Source: Octopus bimaculoides (lineage: Eukaryota). From it: a stretch of DNA of 64,000 nucleotides. Both the position numbers and the translations under genes were made by a program. How positions within the stretch are numbered: position 1 is the first letter of the stretch; every line of letters starts with the position of its first letter. Shown one piece after another: positions 39,333 through 51,173 of the stretch. Where the stretch lies: the NCBI RefSeq assembly GCF_001194135.2, contig NC_069002.1:15320162-15384161 (forward strand), given 5' to 3'. The notes under the pieces are model-generated. The model was not told the origin of the DNA. It worked only from the letters and a program-made list of their open reading frames with translations, and did no database searches.

Positions 39333-39677
39333 GTAAAAATAATAATAATCCTTTCTACTATAGGCACAAGGCCTAAAATTTTGAAGGAGGAGATAGTTAA
39401 TTACATTGACCTCAGTATTTGACTGGTACTTAATTTATCAATTCTGAAAGGTTGAAAGGCAAAGTTGACCTCAGCGGAATTTGAATACAGGATGTAAAGA
39501 CATATGAAATATTGCAAAATGGTTCGCCCAGTGTGCTAATAATTCTGCAACCTTGCTGCCTTAATAATAATAATAATAATAAAAATAAAAATAATAATAA
39601 TAATAATAATAATAATAATTCCGTTTATATATTTGTTTTGCAAGATTTTTGATGTGAAATCGTGTGTTGAAACAGAT

Positions 39678-39849
39678 GTTGTTGTACTTGAGGATGGTCA
39701 TATTGCCAGTTTAGCCAATAAAAACACATGCACTGTAGGGTTAATGTAATGTAATGTAATATAAAGCTGAAGCAAATTAACACCAAATATACAGTGCGTG
39801 TGTTTTTATTGGCTAAACTGGCAATATGACCATCCCCAAGTACAACAAC
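39678..39849. mobile_element. 172-bp palindromic MITE-like element with 60-bp arms
   Basis: 39678-39737 is the near-perfect reverse complement of 39790-39849; the right arm recurs at about 9490-9565. Confidence 0.8.
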
Positions 39850-40567
39850 AACAACAATAATAATAATAATAGTAATAATACTTTCTACGATAGGCACAAA
39901 GCCAGAAGCTTTGTAAGGAAGGGACTCATCAATTATGTCAGCCCCAGTGCTCAACTAGTATTTATTTCATCAAACCTGAAAGGACAAAAGGTAAAGTCAA
40001 CTTCAGAAGAATTTGAACTCAGAACATTCAGACGAATAAAGAGCCACTAACCATTCTGTTGGGTGTGTTAAGGAATCTACCATCTTGTCATAATAATATC
40101 GTGATTACAAGGCCTGAAATTTTAGGGACAACGGGGTAATCAATAATAATGATGATGATGATGATGATTTCTTTTATTGGCCCTAGGGGCATAGATGAGG
40201 GGAGACTTCATAAGGACAGCTAACAATCTGTGTAGGGATTTATATAAAAGATGAGGAGAAAGAAATAGGAAAGACAATGAAATAAGATAAAAATATATGT
40301 AGTATACCAACTATGTGGACATATATATGATGTAGTCCTTCTGATATAGAAGAAACTCCAACTAGGTTCAGTTAAGGAACCCTGCAGATCCAATATTATC
40401 TTGACCATCAAAGTATGAGCACCCTCCCAACTGTTGCTCTCCAATCTATAGGCACATGCTTTAAGTAGGGCTTTTCATTCTAACCCTTTTTGTCACAGTC
40501 ACCCATCTTTTCACAGATTCACTGAGAAATAACACTTCCCTCTCCACAGCCACTTTCCAGATAAGGA

Positions 40568-41440
40568 AATTGAAGACCACAAATTCAGTCATGTTAGATG
40601 TTGATAGAGTTATAAAAGTACTTGAGAAAGAACAAACCTACAAATATCCAGGAATGAATGAAGGCCCTGGCATTCACCATGCAAGCATGAAAGAAAAGAT
40701 CAGGAATTTGATCTTTTACAGTAGAATTTGGGCAGTCCTGATATCAGAGATAAATGCACATAACAAGGTATTAGCTATAAATTCCTTAGCAGTTCCTGTT
40801 GTTCTTTATAGCTTCAATATATTGAACTAGAATATCAGTGACATAAAGAAAATTTGAAGCTGCTGACTTGCCATAAGATGGATCACCGAAAGACAGACAC
40901 AGATCGTCTTTACCTTCCCAGAGCTCAAAGAAGTCAAGACTTGATCCAGTTTGAAATCGCTTACAAAAACACCACAATTGGACGAGCCAAATATCTTGAA
41001 ACAGTTAACAACTGGATGCCAAAACATGTTGAAAGTCATGAGAGGTGTAAAAAGCTTCCTTCTGTCACGAAGGAGAGGAACAAATTTTCTATTGAGTTCT
41101 TGCTTGATACCCAGGCTGAAACAACCTGAGGGAGTGCAGCAACTATTTTTCCAAAGAAGGTGAAATCAATGGCATGGAAAAAAGCACATGAACGATTGGC
41201 AGAGAAGTGGGAGCAGAAATCTCTGCATGGCAAACAAGCTGATGTTGACCAGAAGCACACTCATCAGTTGCTACAGAGCTCAGAGCTAAAGGCAAAGAGT
41301 GGAGGCTTCATCTTAGTTGCTGAAGATCAAAGCTTATTGACCTGGAACTACCAAACCAGCATGAAGAAAACTGGTGTAGACCCAAAGTGCTGATTTTACT
41401 CAAATGTGATTGAAACAGTGGACCATCTAATCTCTGGGCC
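40568..41440 (+). mobile_element. R4/Dong-clade non-LTR retrotransposon fragment
   Basis: TYKYPG, NKVLAINSLAVPVVLYSFNI, DTDRLYLPR, SLHG..ADVD, GFILVAEDQSLLT.NY, DPKC...ETVDHLISG. Confidence 0.8.
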
Positions 41441-42542
41441 ATATCCCCAACATATTCTAGGCCATATCTCCAACAATTCACCTTCTTTGTCCTTGTCACC
41501 TCTGGAGACATAGGTGTATTGTTCATCATCCTTAAACAAACCTTATTTGGGGATCTTTTGCAATGGGATGGGCTACTTGACCTGAATAAAATTCTAATGG
41601 CCCCACCTGCAAGGTCATGTGCTGTATATCTTGATATGAAATCAACATGTTGCACACATGGTTGTGATGCATGTGCCTGATGTACCCTTATCAGATGGGT
41701 AGTAAGTACCTGTCTGGTACTTTATTTTATCGATCCAGAAAGGATTAAAGGCCTTAACATGAATCTCTGGGCAAGCTATAATGTTTTGTCCTGGGACTCA
41801 CCTCGAGGGTGCACAGTTACTTATAGCCAAAGCAGTTGTAAGCCAATAAAGTGTGATTATGTCACTATTGTACTTTTGTCTTTCATTTGTTAATATATTT
41901 TATTAGTTGATACACACATCTCTTGCCTTCTCGCATCGTCAGTCTTACAAAGTATAATATTTGACCTGCTGTCATCCTCCTTATCATCACCAACACCACC
42001 AACACCACCACAACAATAACAACAACAACAACAACAGAAACAGCAACAACAACAACAACAACAACAGCATCAGCAGCTGCTTTTTATATTTGTAGGAAAA
42101 CTTGTATTTCACCTAGTATAAACTTACCAAAAACTGCTACTGATGTTTTTGCTGATGGTGATAACGATCCAGACACATTAAGATCATCAGTGAAATAATG
42201 TCTGACTACTAGACCTGAACATTCAGAGTGTTTCATTAGAATTTCTTTGTTAGGGTTGGCTATTCATATCATTACAGGGATTGCTGTAACATTACAAGAA
42301 TGTCAACTTACTAAAAATCTTCCTGCACACACACACACCAAATGCAAGACATGCTTCATAAAGGACACCTCTAAATGATCGGCTGATCTGCTAGAAATAG
42401 TAGCCTCTAAATTTCTTAAAAACTGCACCTTATATTCTTGAGATATGAAAGCACCCACTGAACAAAGTAATCCAAGATAGCACTTAAAATGTGGGATAGA
42501 TATGGCTAGAATTTGTTCTATCATTGAGTTGCTTAATCAAGG

Positions 42543-42927
42543 TGGAGGTGCAATGGCCCAGTGGTTAGGGCAGCGGACTCGTGGTCATAGGATCGCGGTT
42601 TCGATTCCCAGACTGGGCGTTGTGAGTGTTTATTGAGCGAAAACACCTAGAGCTCCACGAGGCTCTGTCAGGGGATGGTGGCGAACCCTGCTGTACTCTT
42701 TCACCACAACTTTCTCTCACTCTTTCTTCCTTTTTCTGTTGTGCCTGTAATTCAAAGGGTCAGCCTTGTCACATTGTGTCATGCTGAATATCTCCGAGAA
42801 CTACGTTAAGGCTACACGTGTCTGTGGAGTGCTCAGCCACTTGCACGTTAACTTCACAAGCAGGCTGTTCCATTGATCAGATCAACTGGAACCCTCGATG
42901 TCGTAAGCGACGGAGTGCCAACAACAA
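42543..42927 (+). mobile_element. SINE family A
   Basis: 12-bp TSD gcttaatcaagg at 42531-42542 and 42929-42940. Confidence 0.93.
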
Positions 42928-44727
42928 GGCTTAATCAAGGTCAGTGTGGAACAAAATAACAGTTACAACATTATACATAGTTGAGGTTGTTTAACACATT
43001 TTTCTCAACAGGAACTGTATGTCCCCACACCTCACACCTACACAGGGCCCTTCTCATATCTGAAGGGAGCTTGTTTGTATTGTATTGGAGAGATAAATGA
43101 AAGACATTTACAACTGTTTTATATGGTTTTCCTGAGACGCTGAGAGAAGTTTTTAAAGAAGCCATGACCAAAAATGGTTGAAAAGCGTTGGTTTATATCT
43201 TCACACTCAAAGAATTTGTTTTCTTTGTGTAAAAAGATTTCGATTGTCTTCGATTTCCATAGTTATGGCTGTTTAAAGCGGAACACATGAACACAGGAAT
43301 GTCATGTTAGGCAGAACAATACGCTCTTTTTACTCTCTTTTACTTGTTTCAGTCATTTGACTGTGGCCATGCTGGAGCACCGCCTTTAGTCGAGCAAATC
43401 AACCCCAGAACCTATTCTTTGTAAGCCTAGTACTTATTCTATCAGTCTCTTTTGCCGAACCGCTAAGTTACGGGGACGTAAACACATCAGCATCGGTTGT
43501 CAAGCGAAGTTGGGGGGAGAAACACAGACACACAAACACACACATACATATATATACATATACATATATACAACAGGCTTCTTTCATTTTCCGTCTACCA
43601 AATCCACTCACAAGGCTTTGGTCGGCCCGAGACTATAGTAGAAGACACTTGCCCAAGGTGCCACGCAGTGGGACTGAACCCGGAACCATGTGGTTCGTAA
43701 GCAAGCTACTTACCACACAGCCATTCCTATGCCTATTTTGTAATTTATTTTTATTCTTTTACTCTTTTACTTGTTTCAGACACCTGACTAAGGCCATGCT
43801 GGAGCACCACCTTAAAGGGTTTTAGTGAAAGAAATCAACCCAGGACTTATTCATTGTAAGCTTAGTACTTATTCTGTTAGTCTCTTTTGCCGAACAGCTA
43901 AGTTACAGGAAAGTAATGACACCTACATTCATTATCAACCGAAGGTGGGTGGGCAAAAACAGGCACAAAGACACACACACACATGTATGTATACACACAC
44001 ACACATATATATATATATATATCATCATCATCATCATTGTTTAACGTCCACTTTCCATGCTAGCATGGGTTGGATGATTTGACTGAGGACTGGTAAAACC
44101 AGATGGCTACACCAGGCTCCAATCTGATTTGGCAGAGTTTCTACAGCTGGATGCCCTTCCTAATGCCAACCACTCCGAGAGCGTAGTGGGTGCTTTCACG
44201 TGCCACCAGCACGTGAAGCAAAGTCAACCTCAATGGAATTTGAACTCAGAAAGTGAAGATGGAAAAAATGCTGCTAAGCATTTTTCCCTGTGTGCTAATG
44301 ATTCTGCCAGTCTGCCACCTTAATAATAATAATGATGATGATGATGATGATGATGATTTTATGCATGTGTGTGTCTGTTTGTGCATCGTTGTCTGTATGC
44401 TTCCACTTGCTTGAAGCTGGTTTCATTTCAAGTATGCTCCATTATGTTCGTTATCATTGTGGAGTGGTTCGACAATAGATTTTTATAAAACACAAGCAAG
44501 ACAACAATAAGTCCTTGAAGCCAGTGGTCTTCGAGGACTTTGATCTATCATGATTATAACCCAGTGATTAAAATCAAGAAAGAAAAAAATGAATAAATAA
44601 AATACATTTTTCTAAATTTGCAGCTCCAACAAATCCCCTAAAATTTTATTTTAAAAATAAAATAAAAGGAAACAATCAAAAATTTTCTTAATAAGAAGAG
44701 GAGAATGTGGAGTAAACTGAAACTTAC

Positions 44728-44921
44728 TGTGTCTTTCCATTTTCGGAACTGTCCTGGTTTTGAATCTGCTGTTTCAACTTCAACCATAAACTGCTTTGCA
44801 TAACTCTGTCCTTGGTTTGGTGCAAACAGACTAAGTTTTGAAATCAAAACAGGATATTCATAGTAGATTTCAAGCCATTCTGCAGCTGTACTGTCTGCAG
44901 AACACCATCCTTCAAAAGATG
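44728..44921 (-). CDS. VWDE-like gene exon: discoidin/F5-8C domain, first half
   Basis: Polypyrimidine-aag acceptor, gtaagt donor, phase 1-0. SFEGWCSADSTAAEWLEIYYEYPVLISKLSLFAPNQGQSYAKQFMVEVETADSKPGQFRKWKDT. Confidence 0.8.
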
Positions 44922-46391
44922 CTTTTTTAAAAAAAGAAAGAAAACGAAATCATGGAACTGACAATTTTTTTGCAAATAATTTAGTTTTTACTGCAAAAAT
45001 AAATGTCAAATAAGCAATATCATAAATTTCTAAGCTTATTGGCTTTAATTACTCTCTTTTACTTGTTTCAGTCTTTTGACTGTGGCCATGCTGGAGCTCC
45101 GCCTTTAGTCGAACAAATCGAACCCAGGACTTATTCTTTGTAAGCCGGGTACTTATTCTATCGGTCTCTTTTGCCGAACCGCTAGGTTACAGGGACCTAA
45201 ACACACCAGTATCTGTTGTCAATTGATGTTGGGGAGACAAACACAGACACACAAACACATACACACACATATATATACATATACATATATACGACGGGCT
45301 TCTTTCAGTTTCTGTCTATCAAATCCACTCACAAGGCTTTGGTCGGCCCAAGGCTATAGTAGAAGACACTTGCCAAAGGTACCACGCAGTGGGAATGAAC
45401 CCGGAACCATGTGGTTGGTAAGCAAGCTACTTACCACACAGCCACTCCTGCGCCTACGTGTACATAGTTTATACATGCATGTATTTACATACATATATGT
45501 ATGTAAATTTACATCTACATGTTTGTACTCTCTCTCTCTCTTTCATTCTGACTGTCTCTCCCTATCTTTCTCTCTATCTCTTCTTCTTCTCTTACCTTTT
45601 TCTACTGTGGTAGCCAAATACCTCCTCTGTAATAAGATGCCTATTTCTATCTCTTAATCATACTCCAACATCTCACCTGGCACAAAGCCATTTATTATGG
45701 CTCCCCACCTTCTCTCAGTTGAGAGGTCTTTGTCTCACAAGTTACTTTAGTGGCCCTGCTAGTACTGGTGCCTTGTAAAAAGCACCAATGCTGGTGCCAC
45801 ATAAAAAGTACACAGTACGCTCTGTAAAATGGTTGGCATTAGGAAGGGCATCCAGTTGTATATATATATATGTGTGTGTGTTTGTCTCCACACTATTGAT
45901 TGACAACTGATGTTGGTGTGTTTATGTCCCCGTGACTTAGCAGTTCAGCAAAAAAGACTGATAGGACTCATAGGATAAATACTAAGCTTACAAAGAATAA
46001 ATCCTGGGGTCAATTTGTTTGACTAAAGGTGGTACTCCAGCATGGCTGCAGTTAAATGAGTGAAACAAAAAAGAAAAATGAAAAATAAAAAATATATACA
46101 CACACTATATATATACATATATTCTTCTATTCTTTTATTCTTTTACTTGTTTCAGTCATTTAATTGCGGCCATGCTGGAGCACTGCCTTAAAGGGTATTT
46201 TAATCAAAGAAATCGACTCCATGACTTGTTCTTTGAAAGTAGTACTTATTCCATCAGTTCTTTTGCTGAACTGCTAAATTGCAAGGACGTAACACCCCAA
46301 CACCAGTTGTCAAGTGGTGATGGAGGGGGGGGGGTGACAAACACATAGGTATATACATGCATACATATATACATACATACATATATATATA

Positions 46392-46929
46392 NNNNNNNNN
46401 NNNNNNNNNNNNNNNNNNNNNNNNNNNNNNNNNNNNNNNNNNNNNNNNNNNNNNNNNNNNNNNNNNNNNNNNNNNNNNNNNNNNNNNNNNNNNNNNNNNN
46501 NNNNNNNNNNNNNNNNNNNNNNNNNNNNNNNNNNNNNNNNNNNNNNNNNNNNNNNNNNNNNNNNNNNNNNNNNNNNNNNNNNNNNNNNNNNNNNNNNNNN
46601 NNNNNNNNNNNNNNNNNNNNNNNNNNNNNNNNNNNNNNNNNNNNNNNNNNNNNNNNNNNNNNNNNNNNNNNNNNNNNNNNNNNNNNNNNNNNNNNNNNNN
46701 NNNNNNNNNNNNNNNNNNNNNNNNNNNNNNNNNNNNNNNNNNNNNNNNNNNNNNNNNNNNNNNNNNNNNNNNNNNNNNNNNNNNNNNNNNNNNNNNNNNN
46801 NNNNNNNNNNNNNNNNNNNNNNNNNNNNNNNNNNNNNNNNNNNNNNNNNNNNNNNNNNNNNNNNNNNNNNNNNNNNNNNNNNNNNNNNNNNNNNNNNNNN
46901 NNNNNNNNNNNNNNNNNNNNNNNNNNNNN
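46392..46929. other. Assembly gap (others at 1057-1369, 9195-9238, 12239-12522, 21154-21342, 54901-54914)
   Basis: Runs of N, nearly all bordered by microsatellites or homopolymers. Confidence 1.
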
Positions 46930-46960
<31 letters not shown>

Positions 46961-46987
46961 CCTTTTTTTTATTTAATGCATTATTAC

Positions 46988-47053
46988 AGTAAGCTAAGCG
47001 GAATTGTTTCAACCCCAGTGAAATGAAACTGCAAACGTATCTCAGCCACTCGT
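46988..47053 (-). CDS. VWDE-like gene, tentative upstream exon (discoidin N-part, DEWLRYVCSFISLGLKQFRLAY)
   Basis: tttgttgctgtag acceptor and gtaata donor; 66 nt, phase 1-1. Splicing to 44921 gives RLAY-S-SFEGWC, resembling the discoidin ARL...W motif. Confidence 0.45.
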
Positions 47054-47167
47054 CTACAGCAACAAAGTAGACAACAAAGTTGTTCTTATGGATTAAATTA
47101 TAGGAAAAGGCGAGCTGAAGATAGAACTGTACTAGAAATAAGGAAGTCTAAGATGGAAGCGAAAGCT

Positions 47168-47192
47168 GCACGTGACCCAAAATTCACGTCAA
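47168..47192. promoter_or_regulatory. E-box (GTCACGTGC on the minus strand, CLEAR-like) plus CRE-like TGACGT site upstream of the SKICH gene
   Basis: gcacgtgac at 47168-47176 and ttcacgtca nearby, in a CpG-rich patch about 200 nt upstream of the ATG. Confidence 0.3.
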
Positions 47193-47376
47193 ACACGCGC
47201 TAACGGTTTCTTTTTTATTCATTATTTAAGTTGTTTTTTTTTTTTGTTTTGTGTTTTCACGCTAGGCTAAAAACGCTGTGACGAAATTTAGATTTTCACT
47301 TTTAATACAACAGCCGTTCGTTGTTGTTATTTAGCTTTTAACAGCTTCTGCGTCTACAGGGGTCCCATTTTAAATT

Positions 47377-50300
47377 ATGGACGATCATAATGTAGAGTTG
47401 CCGCAAAGAAAAGAAAACAAGACGAAGGTAAAAGACCTAGTCATATTTCAAGATATTCGTCCGACCTATGAGCCGAACGAAAATGTCACTCTTACATATT
47501 CTATAAAATATTCATTCACTCCGAGTTTGGACGACTGGATTGGAATTTTCCCCGTAAGTTGGACTTCAGTTAATGATTGTGTCGATTCAGTTTGGTCAAG
47601 CCACCAATATTTAAAGGAAACGAATAATATTAGAAAAGTTAATTTCCAGTTTCAATTTCCGTCAAATAGCTCCTATAGCTATGCGTTTGCATATTTAAAC
47701 AATCGCTGTGAAGTTTTAGGTATTAGTTCACCATTTAAAATTATAGCTAAAGATGAAGATAAAATGAAAGTCTCGAGACCACTCGACACTTCTTTAAAAG
47801 TCAACGATGAAATTCTTCAATGCCGTAACAACTGGCTGCCAATGATTCAGAAACGACGAGAAAAAATCACCGCTGTCCATGATATAGTATATCCTGTTCC
47901 ATCTTGTCTGAAAACGGCCAATAACTCAGAATTATTAACACAAAATATCGACAATATTTTAAATGTTCCATTAGAAGAAAGCAAATCGGAAAACATTCGG
48001 AAACCGACGGAATTTATTAACTTATATGATCTGTGTAAAGAAAACTCCAGCGTTGATAATTTTGCTAATTTTAAATTAAACGAAATGAACATTACAGAGA
48101 AACAAAGTGAAAACAAAGTTAAAAATGATGAGAAGAATCTAAAATACCTAAATGAGGAGTCGGTTAAATCAAAGGCACTTCTGAAAAGAGGAAATCGTGA
48201 CGTTATAGCGTATACCCCGAAAACCAGGTCTCTGTATTACCCGAGGGAACTTTACATGCAAAAATGTTTTCTAAGAAATTCGTGGAATGTTCACATGCTG
48301 AGTAAACTTAAAAAGCTGCCAAGCAATGTTGTTTACCACGATGATTCACTGAACATGTGTGCCAATAAAGGAAGAAAGTTAAGAATCTGTTCAGAAAAGG
48401 AATCAACTAAAACAGGTAATATCTTTAATGCACCAACATCAGAAAGTGAGCTGGTAGACACGAAGGAAAAAGAAAATGCTAATCTCAACACACAAACAGT
48501 ATCCAGAGACGAATATATTCATCTGAAAGAGAGCCTTGCCTACTATAAGAATCTAACTGAATCTAATCTGCTAGAAATTGAAAAATTAGTTAAGATTATC
48601 AAGGATCTACAAACAGAGGTAGAATGTGTTAAGGGAATAAAGTTTGGTTTTGAGTGGAGATTAATGAAACAGGGAAATGATATTGGCAAACTGAAGGATC
48701 AATTGAAAGGAAGCGTTGAAAATCATTGGAAACAAGTAATGGCCCTTGAGAAAGAAAAAGCTTTGTTAAAGAGACTCAACTACGATCTTCAGAAAAAGGT
48801 AACTGAAACTTTATCCGAACTCGATCAAGTTAAAATTTGTAATACAAACATAACCAAGAAACTACAGTCGATGTTAAGTTCTAGATTTTCATATGGTTCT
48901 TGTTCATTCGATCAATTAAACCAGACTATTGACAATTTTAGCAATATAGAAAAGAAGACTACTTCCGATGAATATTCTATCAACATCAGACCGTATTCTT
49001 CTGATGATTCTTTTCAAATTAATTCTCCAAGCAAAAGAAACATCAACGACAAACCTTTTCAGAATGTTCTCGAGAGCTATGGAACATCTAACATGAAAAT
49101 GCCATTACAAAGTTGCGATTCTTTCAAAAGAAATCAAGAAGAAAGTGACAACCATAAATTGGATATATTTAGTACCACAAATAAGATGAAAAACCTTGGC
49201 TGGGACAAGCAAACGCAAGTAGAAAACAAACCACTTCCTTTCTGTGCTTCATTTCCATTTAAGAATGTTTGTAAGTTGAATTCAAATTCATTGAAAAAAT
49301 TCTTCAATTCGCAAAACAAACCATTTCGTTCAAAGACGGAGGAAAATGACTTTACACTGACAAAATCAGACAGACTTTTTAAAACTAATAAATCTACGAA
49401 CACACCGACACCCAAACCGGTTCTATGTTCAGAATCTTTAGACTCTGATACGGAATTAGAATTAACATGTAAAAATCGGGACTGTATGCAAAAGTCTGGC
49501 TTTCATTCAAGTGAAATGAAGAAATCTAGCCACACGACAGCTACAAACACGGAGAAACATATCATGGACGTTGTAAATAAACATAAAACGGAGTCTTCCG
49601 TATCACAAACTGATAAAAAACAGTCTGACATCGAAGAACTAAGTTATGATAACAACGATGAAAGTTTAATTGATATGAATTTTCCCAATGATACCCCTGT
49701 TAACTCAGACTTCCATTGGTGGTCAAGTGAGATGTCGTCAGAAACAGAAAGTATTATTTCATTCAACGAAGGAAAATCTGATTCTGATTCATTGAGTGAA
49801 GACGGTACTACTGCTAAAGAAACTTCTGTGGAAAATTCTCCCTGTCTTCAGAAATCTGGGAGCAATTCTTTTATTGAATCCATATTGGAAAGAGAAAAGA
49901 AAAACTTTGCGTCCTTCAGTTCATCTTTAAATGACCAATTTATGTCAACTGCTCAGCGTTCGCAAACTGACTGTAATTTTTTAGCGAAACCTCAGAATCT
50001 GCGGAAGATTTCTTCTGAAAGTCAGGAATTATCGCAACCTAATTTACAAGATACTTCAACCCCAGATCCAGAGGACTCGGTGTTTTATTCGACTGTAAGT
50101 GGGAAAGAAAAAGAAATCAAGTGGAAGTTTGCCGATTCCTCGTGGGAAGATAATCCAGATCAAGAAAATTTTCCTTCTAATTTAAAAAAGGCTTTAAATG
50201 TAAATTACCAGTCCAAAAATACTAACACACCATTTTCTTTATCTCCATTGGAACACGATTCAAATGAAGGAGGGTTGTTTGCAAGGTTGTTCGGCAGTGA

Positions 50301-50538
50301 AGGTAAATTAGAGAACAGCTCAAAAGGTAAAAGCGCTAAACTCCAGGCAACGGCTAGTAAACGAAGAGTCAGGAGTGATTTAAAAAGCAAACGGAATTTG
50401 GTAAGCAAGCGAAAAAGCAAAACACCTGGTTTGGAAGCCATTTCCAAACCCAAATCCTTGCTAAGCAGTGCCAATGAATCAAAAGTTCTTGCGGAGATAA
50501 CAAACACTATTGGCGAAGAAACAGACAAATGTCAGTAA
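47377..50538 (+). CDS. Single-exon SKICH-domain + coiled-coil protein (TAX1BP1/CALCOCO1/NDP52-like), 1053 aa, no C-terminal zinc finger
   Basis: Uninterrupted 3162-nt ORF with an in-frame TAA just upstream of the ATG. aa 22-122 (VIFQDIRPTYEPN...DWIGIFPVSW...AYLNNRCEVLGISSPFKI) match the SKICH pattern (VIFQNV..YLP..DWVGIFKVGW..CYV...GEIRGASTPFQF). Heptad-like region at about aa 375-502, then an S/K/N/E-rich tail. Confidence 0.9.
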   Translation: MDDHNVELPQRKENKTKVKDLVIFQDIRPTYEPNENVTLTYSIKYSFTPSLDDWIGIFPVSWTSVNDCVDSVWSSHQYLKETNNIRKVNFQFQFPSNSSYSYAFAYLNNRCEVLGISSPFKIIAKDEDKMKVSRPLDTSLKVNDEILQCRNNWLPMIQKRREKITAVHDIVYPVPSCLKTANNSELLTQNIDNILNVPLEESKSENIRKPTEFINLYDLCKENSSVDNFANFKLNEMNITEKQSENKVKNDEKNLKYLNEESVKSKALLKRGNRDVIAYTPKTRSLYYPRELYMQKCFLRNSWNVHMLSKLKKLPSNVVYHDDSLNMCANKGRKLRICSEKESTKTGNIFNAPTSESELVDTKEKENANLNTQTVSRDEYIHLKESLAYYKNLTESNLLEIEKLVKIIKDLQTEVECVKGIKFGFEWRLMKQGNDIGKLKDQLKGSVENHWKQVMALEKEKALLKRLNYDLQKKVTETLSELDQVKICNTNITKKLQSMLSSRFSYGSCSFDQLNQTIDNFSNIEKKTTSDEYSINIRPYSSDDSFQINSPSKRNINDKPFQNVLESYGTSNMKMPLQSCDSFKRNQEESDNHKLDIFSTTNKMKNLGWDKQTQVENKPLPFCASFPFKNVCKLNSNSLKKFFNSQNKPFRSKTEENDFTLTKSDRLFKTNKSTNTPTPKPVLCSESLDSDTELELTCKNRDCMQKSGFHSSEMKKSSHTTATNTEKHIMDVVNKHKTESSVSQTDKKQSDIEELSYDNNDESLIDMNFPNDTPVNSDFHWWSSEMSSETESIISFNEGKSDSDSLSEDGTTAKETSVENSPCLQKSGSNSFIESILEREKKNFASFSSSLNDQFMSTAQRSQTDCNFLAKPQNLRKISSESQELSQPNLQDTSTPDPEDSVFYSTVSGKEKEIKWKFADSSWEDNPDQENFPSNLKKALNVNYQSKNTNTPFSLSPLEHDSNEGGLFARLFGSEGKLENSSKGKSAKLQATASKRRVRSDLKSKRNLVSKRKSKTPGLEAISKPKSLLSSANESKVLAEITNTIGEETDKCQ

Positions 50539-51173
50539 TAGAAAACGGTAATATGCAGCTTACACACATATAAAGTAAAGTGTGTGGTGGGTGTATGTAT
50601 GTATGCGTATGTGTGCGTGTGTATATATATTTATTACACACACACACCTTGATTGTCATGTGTGAACCTCAATCTTTTTTTTTCTGCAACAGAGAAAGGA
50701 GAAAGAACTGGGTTTTGTGAAAAAAAAACCAAAAAAAAAACAGGTGTTAAAAATATGAAAAAAAATGTCTTAATTGTAAAACCTCTTCAGTGTATACATC
50801 CATTCATACATACACGTGTGTGTGTGTCTGTGTATACATATCTATTATCTATCTATATTTATATATACATATATATATAATTAAAATAAGCAACAGTACA
50901 TATATGTATATGAATTTACGTTGACTTTAAAAAGACGGTGTTTCGGAGTTGGAGAAAAAAGTCAATTTTTGTTTAATTTTAGTTTTATTAATTTTTATTT
51001 CCCATATTTGTCATATTTTGTTGTTAGTACTGCTGCTGCTGTTGATGTAATGCCATTCATATTTTTTCTAAATATTGACTTTTTCTTACTCTTTTTAGTA
51101 ATCAACCGTTCTTCTACTGTTATTTGTTATATTTTATATCGTTTGTGGCTTTGTAAGACACACATTACTGATG

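Noticed and set aside
47847-50528. Antisense ORFs at 47847-48116, 49134-49415 and 50205-50528
   Set aside because: Shadow ORFs of the SKICH coding strand with no recognisable motifs.
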